This document shows positions 6,806 to 15,332 of a stretch of DNA of 25,680 nucleotides, one piece after another. The stretch covers positions 1 to 25,680 of the IMG/VR virus record IMGVR_UViG_3300012924_000025, one strand, 5' to 3'. Origin of the DNA: a virus (Duplodnaviria > Caudoviricetes). The translations under genes and the position numbers were made by a program. Each line of letters begins with the position of its first letter. Positions within the stretch are counted from its first letter, which is position 1. The notes beneath the pieces were generated by a model. The model saw only the letters and a program-made list of their open reading frames with translations, was not told the DNA's origin and searched no databases.

Positions 6806-9800
6806 TTCTCAACCCTTAGCTTTGTGGTCCCTCGGGTAACCCCGCGTAGCAACTCACCAGGACCCTTGGGTCTATCCTGACGATTGGCGTAGTCAATGCC
6901 AAAGCGGGCAGCATTGGCGACCGCCTTGGGCATCATACCCGAGGCTTCGCCAGCGAAGGTGAGGAAGTCTTGAACGGTCTTCCCTGCGTGTTCACGGTTT
7001 AGGGCCACTTTGCCCTTCATTACATCCCGGACGGCCTTGTCGAGATCGCCCTCGGCGGAGGTCAATAGGCCGGCACCTGGGGTGTGCCCGGAGGTGAAGG
7101 CATCGATTAGGTCGCGGAGGTAGAGGAATGAGGAGCCCGCACCCTTAAGGCCACCAAGGAGCACTCGTTCGCCAAGCCCCCGACGGTCGTCTTGGTTCAG
7201 CCCCGTGACCCATTCCTCGATCGCGGTGGGGATGACGTAGTAGGTGAGAATATCTGCAGAGAGCCCTGGGAGGAGCTTGGCGGCCGAGGCAATCTCCCCA
7301 CGTTTCCCAAGCTGGAACGTGTCGTTCATGGTGTGCATGATCTCAATCCGCCGTTGCATCACCGTGCCGAAGAAGCCGTAGACCGACGTGAGCCATCCGT
7401 GCAAAGGCCCCCCACCGCGGACCAACGCGGGTTGGTTCGTGGTTGCGGTGGATCCATGTTGACTCCGCACCGAACGATCCGCAATGTCCACCGCTTCGCC
7501 AAAGGAGGAGCCCTCCCCCAGGGACCGTTCAAACCTCGCGACCCAAAGTGGCACCGCGGAGAGCTTATCCGACATCGCCACTGGCCACGCGCCCCATTGC
7601 ATTACCTTCTCCCGCATGGAGGGGTAGCCGTATTGTTCCGACAAGGCCCCACCGAGGGTTTCTCGCCAGTTGCGCTCCCGGCGTTGGAGTTCCTCTGAAG
7701 CGTCGAGGGCGAATTTCCACCATGTCTTCCCGACCTCCGGCGATTGCCCGAAGAGCTTCCCGTAGGACTGCGCCATCGCGACCGGACCGACATCGCGCAT
7801 GGACATGAAGAAGGCAGTGGGGGCGTGTTTTAGCACTGTATAGAGATTGGCCCCGATGTACGTAGAGATCGTATTCTGCCGGAGTATCTCACTCGCCTGC
7901 CCCAACTTGGCCCAAACCGCGCCGTTGATGGATTGCTTCCGAGCGAGGTCTTCGAGATACGGCTGGAGAAGCTGGGCGTAGTGCTTGCCGTAGTGCTGGG
8001 TGATTGTGTTTTGCAACGAGGGATCCATCAGGATCTTCTGGGTCTCCAGCAGGGGCTCCCGGAAGTTGATATCATGAATCATCTGATCCAAGTGCTTCGG
8101 GATCATTCGGAAGCTGAGGTCCACTGGATACACCGCCCCGGTGCGGCTCTTGGTATAGCCGTTCGATGTCAGGATATGCCCAAAGTCCCCATCCTTATAC
8201 GGCCCCCCACGCATTTTCATCTTCTCCGAGAGCCAGATGGGATCGGGAATGAGCTTGTGGTACCATCCCCGATAGGTTCCAAATGGGGTGTCGATTGGTT
8301 CCAGCGGGATCTTATCCACCGTTTGCCCATTCAGGCGCTCATAGACGTTGTCCGCCCGCTTGATGAGATCGTTCCAGATCGTATCCCCAAACTTCTGTGC
8401 CCGGTCCCAGTCGGCCTTCGTGGTATTCCGATGAAGCCATTGCATCAACGCTTCGGGATCCGCGCCCCAGCCCTTCGCGAGGACGTTCCAGTTGGACCGA
8501 TTCCCAGCATTCTGAAGCATCGCCAGGACGTTTTCCCTGGTGAAGGTACTGTATCGGAAGATCTCCGGATCCAACGGTGGGGGATCCATCTTCTTCTTCA
8601 TATCCCCCCAGTCTCCAAGGGCCCGATAGGCGGTGGAGATCTCTCGGGAGAGCTTAGCTTCGCTGTTCGCCGCCCGCGAGAGGGGATAGGTGACGAATTT
8701 GTGAAACAGCCCCCGAGCATCCGCGCGGTCGAAGCGATTCATCAGCGTGGGGATCGAAGTGCTACCGGCGATGTATTGCTTCGCGAGCCCAGGTTCATAC
8801 CCCGCGGGCACGGCCTTCTCCCGGAAGGTCTTCACCTGATCTTTCATCTCCCCCAGGATCTGCTTGCGATCAAACGCCTCCCCTTCGCGGTAGACCTTGC
8901 GTTCCCCACGACCGTTTTCTACAAGGGCGTCAATGGTGCCTTTGACCTCTTTGAAATCTGCGTAGGGAAGCTGATCCACCGGCTTGCGAAACTGAGGGTC
9001 CTGCAAAACATCCGCGAGGGGCATATCCCGCAGGCCCATTGACTCCGTTAGCTTCGCCTGGAGGAATTGCTCCAAGGTGGTCTCGGCCTGCCTTCCAATA
9101 TTCTCCTGGATGTTCTGCACCGAGCGGGCACCCTTATATCCAATCCGCCGCAAGACATCCTGAATATGATTCCTATACTCCCCTTCCACAGAGGGGACCT
9201 CCCTCTTGGCAAAGGTCTTCGCGGTTCGGTTCAACTGGGTTCGTTCTCGTTCGTACTCCCGGGCCAGCTTTGCAGCAATAGTTGCATGATTCCGCTGTTG
9301 CGAAAGGCGGTAAGCCTCCGCCCAATCGCCCCTAGAAGCCGCATCTTCGATCTTCCTCCCTAGCTTCCCCGCAGTTTGCACAATCCGATCGAACTTAATC
9401 TGGCCCACAGGCGTTTGATCAAACACCCCTTTGACCATGGCCCGGGTTTGCTCCTTCGTAAACTGCGGTTCTTCCCCCGCCGCCAGTGCATACGCTAAGG
9501 TCTCCTCATGGACGAGGTTAAGCTGGGTCTCACTAACCGCCTGGTCCTTCGCTTCTTCCATGATCTTCTGGCCAAGGTCTCCAAACTCTGCGTTAACCCT
9601 GCGGTCTGTCTCGACGTCAATAAGCCGGTTGAGATAGTCTCGTTGAGACATTCCTGCAACTCGGCGATCTTGCGTAAGCATCCCAAGTCTCTCGACGAGT
9701 GCGTCTCCGGAGGTGTATCCGAAATGCGGAGCGAGGTCATCGGGGGAGACTCCTTTCGCTTTCTGCACGTATTCCTTCGGGAGGATCGAGCGCTGCTCGG

Positions 9801-12603
9801 GGGTTAGGGCATCCGGATGCAGCTTGATGTCCCCCTTCGCGAAGAGTTCATCCGTGGCGAGATCTGGCCGGCCGGCGAATTGCTCGCGGACTTCGTCACG
9901 GATCTCCGTCCGGCGGTCTTTCCATTCCTTGGTCATCGTCCGCTTATGCTGCCGCTCGGCACGGGCGGTGGCGGCTGAGAGGTCTTCGTTGTTCCTCTTC
10001 TCGATCAGGCGAAGCATCCGATCCATATGGGCCTGGGTCACCCCAAGCGCCTTGGCCTCGGCGAAGATTCCTTCGCGTTCGGGGATGCCTGGGGCGACCT
10101 CGCGGGCAGGGGGTTTGTCGTCGGGTTGGAACTTCGGATCGCCTTCGTCTTCCTTAGCTTTCCGAGCAGCGATCTTCTCGTCCAGTTCTTTCTGGAAGTC
10201 CTGAAGCTCACGGAAGGCCAAATCTGACTTCTGTTTGCGTGCCTCGCGCCCGGTCAACTGTTGGTTTTGATTGGCTGCTCGGCGAAAATTGGTGACGTTG
10301 TCATCTTGCTGCGCTGCGAAGCGATTGAACGATGGCTTGGCCAGTTCAGCCTTGGGCTCCCTAGAGCCGATCTCTCCCGAATCAATCTTCTCAAAGATCT
10401 TCTCCCAAGAAAGATCATGCCCCAGCATCTCCCCAAACCTCTGCCGCAGGCCTTCGAAGAAATCCTTAATCCGTTGGAATAGGGTGGCGTGGGCTTTGTC
10501 AAACGCGCCCCCATTGGCCCAGTGCTGATAGGCCTCGGCGATGCCTTCCTCGGTAAAATTGGCACCCTCATACTTCCCCCACCGTTCCGCAACGCTGTAG
10601 CGTTTGACCCAATCCCTCTGGGAGGCCTTCTCAAGAGTGCTCCATTCCGCATCGGAGAACATCCCCATTTTCTTCAACGCGTGGATGGACTCGTGCCGGG
10701 CGGACCCAATCGGATCTCGGTTGTTCAGAGAGACAACGATCTGGCGCAGGTTCGGGAAGAACACCCCCCGGGGATTGCCGACTCCGTCCACGGAGATGTC
10801 GTGGGCCACATCGCGCCCGGCGTCGGGAACGATCCGACGGAGTTCATTCAGGACAATCCGGCCCATCGGAGTGTCCGAGGCAAGGCCTTTGCCTTCGCTT
10901 TCGAACAGGGCGGAGACCCCAGCATGGAGATCTTCCCAGTTTTGGGAGAGCAGATTGCGGAAGTGCTCGTGGGTGATTGCGTCAAAGGCGTCGCCGCTCT
11001 GGACCTTGATCGTGGCCGGGCCCGTGCGCCCCGCACGCTCGCGAGCACCAGAGATCCGGAAGCCACCGATCTCTTTCACGTTTGGGTAGGCGGATTTGAT
11101 CTGGGCCAGCAGGGATCGGGTCAACCCTGGCCCGAAGGAATTAGGCCCAAAGCCTTGTGCCTCCAGTCCACCGATGTTGTCGATGTAAACCTTGGTCCCA
11201 CCCTCCCTGGCAGTGGCCTCAAGGAATCCAACCTTCTTGCCAGTCTCGTCGAGGATACGGAATTGATCCGACCCGATCACGCCAGTCTTGGCATCGATAT
11301 CAGGGCCTTTGGCCTCCAGCGTCAGCTTGCGATCCCCGATCTGGAACATCGGCTCCATGCCACCCGATCCGCGGACCAGCTGGACCGGATCGGCAATCGC
11401 CGAGCGTTCTCCCAGCCCAGAGAGCTTCGTCTCGTCCAGGGTCAGCCCACCATCCCGAAGGCGAGTGAAGTCGTGGAGTTCCTTCGCCACTTCGGGTTCG
11501 ATGTGGGCGAGGTAATCCGCGAGTGGGATCTGCACATCCCCACCGTAGCCCTCCGCGGCTTCTAGCGATTGGCGAAGCCCGGGGACAAAGCCGAGGATGC
11601 CATCATCCGCCGTTGGAACCTTGTCCCCATAGAGCTTTCGAATGGCGTCAGCGTCAATCCCAATCTCACGATCCCCAACGTGAGATCGTACAAACTGGGC
11701 GTAGAGTTCCGGGCTGCGATCTCGGGTAGCGGACTTGTTTCCCTCAGCCAGAGCCTGTTTAAATGCATCGCCGTCGACCTTCGCCTGTTGGGTTTTCACA
11801 TCGTCGATGATCGGGTGGACCCCTAGAGGGGGCTCTCCCGAGGGGTATTTATCCGCGATGTCCAGGCCGGATTTCATCTTCGCCAGGAGATCGGCGTTTT
11901 TGTTCAATAGGTCCCCTGGGCCACCTTGTGGGTGAACGCCAACATCCCCCCGCATCATGGCCCATTCGGCCATGGCTCGGGCTTCGCGAGCCACCCCGGC
12001 GCCGAAGACCTTGGTGATGCCATCCTCGCCCAATTGGAGAAACCCAGAGGTCACCCGAGAGAGCGACTCCGCACCGATTTCACCGAGGCCCAGGGCCCGG
12101 GTCACTGGGCTCAACAACGACGCCGTGCCAGGGTGCTTCAACGCCCATTCCATCTCCGAAGGGCGATCGCTGTAGCCTTTGTAAAACCGCTGGTAGCCCT
12201 CGGGCGCGAGGGGTTGCTCGCCGAAGCCTTGCATGAAGGATCGGGCGATCGAGTCACTCTTGAGCCAGCCCTCCAAGCCCGATTGGTCCCCAAGCCGAGA
12301 GAGATGCTGGGAGGCAACATCCAGCTGCCCAAGGTCATCGTGGCTGACGCGAGCGGCCATGGGATGGGAGTTGAGATAGTCTGCGATGTGAAAGTTATCA
12401 CCGATGATGGATGAGCCAAGGGCGGCCTTGTGCTGTCGTTCGAACCCATCGATGTCCCCATAGATCGCGGTTGAGGGCACCCCGGTGGCTTGGGAAAGCT
12501 CCAGCGCCCGTGCGGCCTCATCCGCGTTTTCATCCATCGCGGAGTAGTTCGCCATCTGCGCCGTGCGGGCTTCGTCGGTAAAGAAGTCTTCGGACATGCT
12601 CAT
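6802..12603 (-). CDS. large internal virion (ejection) protein, 1933 aa, with zincin-like HExxH domain and possible GNAT-like domain
   Basis: Size, helical composition and position after two other internal-protein genes. RHESIHAL (10695-10681) with downstream EEGIAEAY. Confidence 0.8.
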   Translation of the reverse strand: MSMSEDFFTDEARTAQMANYSAMDENADEAARALELSQATGVPSTAIYGDIDGFERQHKAALGSSIIGDNFHIADYLNSHPMAARVSHDDLGQLDVASQHLSRLGDQSGLEGWLKSDSIARSFMQGFGEQPLAPEGYQRFYKGYSDRPSEMEWALKHPGTASLLSPVTRALGLGEIGAESLSRVTSGFLQLGEDGITKVFGAGVAREARAMAEWAMMRGDVGVHPQGGPGDLLNKNADLLAKMKSGLDIADKYPSGEPPLGVHPIIDDVKTQQAKVDGDAFKQALAEGNKSATRDRSPELYAQFVRSHVGDREIGIDADAIRKLYGDKVPTADDGILGFVPGLRQSLEAAEGYGGDVQIPLADYLAHIEPEVAKELHDFTRLRDGGLTLDETKLSGLGERSAIADPVQLVRGSGGMEPMFQIGDRKLTLEAKGPDIDAKTGVIGSDQFRILDETGKKVGFLEATAREGGTKVYIDNIGGLEAQGFGPNSFGPGLTRSLLAQIKSAYPNVKEIGGFRISGARERAGRTGPATIKVQSGDAFDAITHEHFRNLLSQNWEDLHAGVSALFESEGKGLASDTPMGRIVLNELRRIVPDAGRDVAHDISVDGVGNPRGVFFPNLRQIVVSLNNRDPIGSARHESIHALKKMGMFSDAEWSTLEKASQRDWVKRYSVAERWGKYEGANFTEEGIAEAYQHWANGGAFDKAHATLFQRIKDFFEGLRQRFGEMLGHDLSWEKIFEKIDSGEIGSREPKAELAKPSFNRFAAQQDDNVTNFRRAANQNQQLTGREARKQKSDLAFRELQDFQKELDEKIAARKAKEDEGDPKFQPDDKPPAREVAPGIPEREGIFAEAKALGVTQAHMDRMLRLIEKRNNEDLSAATARAERQHKRTMTKEWKDRRTEIRDEVREQFAGRPDLATDELFAKGDIKLHPDALTPEQRSILPKEYVQKAKGVSPDDLAPHFGYTSGDALVERLGMLTQDRRVAGMSQRDYLNRLIDVETDRRVNAEFGDLGQKIMEEAKDQAVSETQLNLVHEETLAYALAAGEEPQFTKEQTRAMVKGVFDQTPVGQIKFDRIVQTAGKLGRKIEDAASRGDWAEAYRLSQQRNHATIAAKLAREYERERTQLNRTAKTFAKREVPSVEGEYRNHIQDVLRRIGYKGARSVQNIQENIGRQAETTLEQFLQAKLTESMGLRDMPLADVLQDPQFRKPVDQLPYADFKEVKGTIDALVENGRGERKVYREGEAFDRKQILGEMKDQVKTFREKAVPAGYEPGLAKQYIAGSTSIPTLMNRFDRADARGLFHKFVTYPLSRAANSEAKLSREISTAYRALGDWGDMKKKMDPPPLDPEIFRYSTFTRENVLAMLQNAGNRSNWNVLAKGWGADPEALMQWLHRNTTKADWDRAQKFGDTIWNDLIKRADNVYERLNGQTVDKIPLEPIDTPFGTYRGWYHKLIPDPIWLSEKMKMRGGPYKDGDFGHILTSNGYTKSRTGAVYPVDLSFRMIPKHLDQMIHDINFREPLLETQKILMDPSLQNTITQHYGKHYAQLLQPYLEDLARKQSINGAVWAKLGQASEILRQNTISTYIGANLYTVLKHAPTAFFMSMRDVGPVAMAQSYGKLFGQSPEVGKTWWKFALDASEELQRRERNWRETLGGALSEQYGYPSMREKVMQWGAWPVAMSDKLSAVPLWVARFERSLGEGSSFGEAVDIADRSVRSQHGSTATTNQPALVRGGGPLHGWLTSVYGFFGTVMQRRIEIMHTMNDTFQLGKRGEIASAAKLLPGLSADILTYYVIPTAIEEWVTGLNQDDRRGLGERVLLGGLKGAGSSFLYLRDLIDAFTSGHTPGAGLLTSAEGDLDKAVRDVMKGKVALNREHAGKTVQDFLTFAGEASGMMPKAVANAARFGIDYANRQDRPKGPGELLRGVTRGTTKLRVEK
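9495..9740 (-). CDS. overprinted (+1) hypothetical protein, 81 aa
   Basis: AAAGGAG lies 9 nt before the ATG. Helical middle and Arg/Lys tail. Host codons are locally A/T-ending (AGA CTT, CGA GTT GCA GGA, CTT ATT). Confidence 0.45.
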   Translation of the reverse strand: MTSLRISDTPPETHSSRDLGCLRKIAELQECLNETISTGLLTSRQTAGLTQSLETLARRSWKKRRTRRLVRPSLTSSMRRP

Positions 12604-14402
12604 TGTGTAGCGCTCGCACCGGCGGCGGGTTTGCCGTAGAGTTCCTTATATTTCTCCGCGTGGTAGAAACGCTGGATCATCGAATCGGTTGGGTTGGTAA
12701 TGCCTCGCTTCTGCCAGATATCCAACCCTCGAATGCGCTCGGCGTCCTCGTCGGAGACGGGCATTTGGTACAACGGGGTGGTTTCCTTATTGAACACAAA
12801 CCACCCTCGGCGCCCGGTTAGCTGTTCCTGAACCAACCGCGACCCCATGGTCCGGATCTCTTCCGGGGTGGGCACCTTCCCGGTCTTGCCAGAGTCGAAC
12901 TGCTCCAGGGCGTCCTGAAGCCCCCCGACGAATTGGTAGTACCCTTCCTTGTCCCCTCCAGTGTGCGAAATCCCCGCGGAGTTCAAATCCGGTCCGAGGA
13001 TCGCCAGTGCCCTGGCCACTCTTGGATCTTGTTGGGATTGCTTCTTCATCCCATCCTGAAGACTCATCAGCCGTTCCTTCTGCTGAACGGTTAACTTCGC
13101 TTCCGATGCGAAGTCCTTCCCAAGGAACGCCACCCGGGTTTCGTTATCTGGGGAATTGGCCATCCCTACAAAGCCGTGAGTGATCTGGAGGTTCTCCGGC
13201 GTGGTGGGGATGCGGTATTCCCCAGTGGCGTTCCGGCGAAGTTGTTCGTTTATCTGCTGAACCTTCGCTGGGTTGCGGCTCAGTGCATCCAGCGCTGGGG
13301 ACACGTTGGGATCCAGAGCCTTCAACTGTTCAATACTGGTCGGTGGCGACCCTTCAGCGTTGGCTTTGAGCATTGCCTTGCCCACAGTGACAAGGTTTTG
13401 GTTATCACTATCCCGTTCCACCCGCTTTTGCAGGCCGTAGTCGGTCATGATCCGCTGGCGAACGTAGTCTTTGAACAGGTCGTCTTGGATGCCGGTTTTC
13501 TTCATGATCGCATCCGCTCGGGTCATCCCATCTGCGAGGTATTGCTCCTCGGTTTTCTCATCCTCATCGCCTTCCTTACGCCCGGCCAGGACCTGATCGG
13601 ATATGATCCGCGAGCCTTGTTGGCGGAAGTTGGTCTGGACTGTGGCTTGGACCCGAAGGGCATCGGCCGGGAGCAGGGCCCCGGTCTTAGCAGCGGCATC
13701 CGCGAGGGATTGCGCCCCAATCGCATCGGTCTTTGCCAGCCCCACCACTCGCTTTGCGGTTGCGGCGGAGACATTCTGCGCGGAGGTTTCCTTGATCTGA
13801 TCCGTGCTCCAACCCGAGTTCCGCCCTTGGGCTTCGGTCTCTGAGGCGATGGTTCGCACACCGCGTTGGTACGAGAGTTCATCGGTCGGGTGCTCGCCGA
13901 TGAAGTCCGAGGCTTGGTCGACTCGGGCCGTGGAGGCCCCATTCGCGGCCACTCGGGCTTGGCGGGCCGCGTGCCCGGCCGCAAGGCGGATCATCGAGCC
14001 CATGTTTGCCAAGGAGGATCCGTCGTACATGGTCTGGGCTTGGAGATTGCCTAGTTTGTCCCGGAACTGCCCGCGCATGGTGCGGAGGTTGTCGATGTGG
14101 GCCGAGAGGGCTTCGGGCGAGGCGTTCTCGCCTTCCCGGGACATGAACTCCGCGTCGGCCTTGCCTGCGGCGACCATGTAATCGGCGTCGGCGTTCTTGG
14201 CGGCGGTTTCGTTTTGCAGACCCTTCAGCTGAACCGCTTGTTCCCAGATGCGATCCGAGGATTTCTCAATGTCGGCCCCGAGGCCCTGGAGCGCATGGCC
14301 TACCGCGCCGCCAAAGGCCTCGACCGGTACGGCGAGGTTCGGCCCGGCTACGCCTTGGGTTGAAGGGGCTACGGAGGGGACCAGATCGGGAACGGCAACC
14401 AT
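12600..14402 (-). CDS. internal virion protein, 600 aa (positional T7 gp15 analogue)
   Basis: TAATG coupling at 14404-14400. Ala/Gln-rich helical protein with 'FGGAVG..LQGLG' N-terminus. Syntenic position. Confidence 0.75.
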   Translation of the reverse strand: MVAVPDLVPSVAPSTQGVAGPNLAVPVEAFGGAVGHALQGLGADIEKSSDRIWEQAVQLKGLQNETAAKNADADYMVAAGKADAEFMSREGENASPEALSAHIDNLRTMRGQFRDKLGNLQAQTMYDGSSLANMGSMIRLAAGHAARQARVAANGASTARVDQASDFIGEHPTDELSYQRGVRTIASETEAQGRNSGWSTDQIKETSAQNVSAATAKRVVGLAKTDAIGAQSLADAAAKTGALLPADALRVQATVQTNFRQQGSRIISDQVLAGRKEGDEDEKTEEQYLADGMTRADAIMKKTGIQDDLFKDYVRQRIMTDYGLQKRVERDSDNQNLVTVGKAMLKANAEGSPPTSIEQLKALDPNVSPALDALSRNPAKVQQINEQLRRNATGEYRIPTTPENLQITHGFVGMANSPDNETRVAFLGKDFASEAKLTVQQKERLMSLQDGMKKQSQQDPRVARALAILGPDLNSAGISHTGGDKEGYYQFVGGLQDALEQFDSGKTGKVPTPEEIRTMGSRLVQEQLTGRRGWFVFNKETTPLYQMPVSDEDAERIRGLDIWQKRGITNPTDSMIQRFYHAEKYKELYGKPAAGASATQ

Positions 14403-14941
14403 TAGGAGAACATCCCTTGTTTGGAGCCTTGGGACCATTTCGAGGCGACCGAGGACCCGGCGTTGATGAAGGAACCGATTTCGGATATGGTCCCAGCGGT
14501 TTCATCTTGCTGGGCGGTCATCTGATCAAGGTTGGCCTCGGCCGTGTCCGTGGCGGCTTTGACCTCGTATCCATACGCGGTCTTCGACGCGTCCCATTTG
14601 ATTACGTTTTGATCGTACGCGGCCACGGTGGACATATCCGAACGGACCTTCTCCCCGGTGCCAGAGTTGACATCGAACCCCGAGCCACTCTGCACGACCT
14701 TCTCCTGGGCTATCTGCTGTCGGGCCTGGAGACCCTTGCCCTCGGCCTGGGCTTCGCCTGCTTGCAGGGCCCACGAGGCGTTTTGTTCGGAGACTTGTTT
14801 GTTGATCAGGGCCACGCCGGCTTTGTACCGTGCCGCACCCGCTGCGGCGTCGGCGGATTCCTTCGCGCCTAGGCCCCCAACGGCGCCACCAATCGCGGTG
14901 CCGACCATTGCCGTTACGGCCATTGTTCCTGGGTCAACCAT
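14402..14941 (-). CDS. internal virion protein, 179 aa (T7 gp14-like position)
   Basis: MVDP start, Gly/Ala hydrophobic N-terminus, SGFDVNSGT motif typical of this family. Confidence 0.8.
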   Translation of the reverse strand: MVDPGTMAVTAMVGTAIGGAVGGLGAKESADAAAGAARYKAGVALINKQVSEQNASWALQAGEAQAEGKGLQARQQIAQEKVVQSGSGFDVNSGTGEKVRSDMSTVAAYDQNVIKWDASKTAYGYEVKAATDTAEANLDQMTAQQDETAGTISEIGSFINAGSSVASKWSQGSKQGMFS

Positions 14942-15332
14942 TCTGAGGGCTCCGGATTTCGAAGGGGATTAGCCCTGAGTGGGGTTGACCAAACTCCGCG
15001 CCGAGCCAACCGAGCCAACGCATGGACCCGGTGCCGAGATGGCAATGGCCGGTGATGCTGGGCCAGCGCCAGAGAAGGGCGGAGATGACCTTGCGGGAAT
15101 AGCGGCCGAGGAGGATTGGGTGGCGAATGGGGAGGTTTAGCATCCAGAGATAGGCTGTGTCGGCCATGAACGATGGGGGGATGACTCCCCAGCAGGCTTC
15201 GAGTTCGCCGTTGACATGACCGGCCCAGACCTCTCCGGCGATGGCGCAGTAGTCGAACATCTGGTGGTCCCTGGGAGACATTGCGAGGTGCGGCGGGAGA
15301 TGCGGCGGGCCGTGAGTGATTTGGATGTTCAT
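14934..15332 (-). CDS. T7 gp13-like / acetyltransferase-fold virion-associated protein
   Basis: 'ACWGV....TAYLWML' and 'SMRWLGWLGAEF'. Conserved position between tail tubular B and the internal proteins. Confidence 0.75.
   Translation of the reverse strand: MNIQITHGPPHLPPHLAMSPRDHQMFDYCAIAGEVWAGHVNGELEACWGVIPPSFMADTAYLWMLNLPIRHPILLGRYSRKVISALLWRWPSITGHCHLGTGSMRWLGWLGAEFGQPHSGLIPFEIRSPQNG

Noticed and set aside
5630-11565. Long + strand ORFs (5630-6880, 7933-9042, 10489-11565)
   Set aside because: They are antisense shadows of well-supported - strand genes in GC-rich DNA and show no recognisable motifs.
10254-13984. Other +1 ORFs (10254-10652, 12138-12533, 13523-13984)
   Set aside because: Pro/Arg/Ser-rich translations are what GC-rich wobble positions give by chance, with no convincing SD or protein-like pattern.
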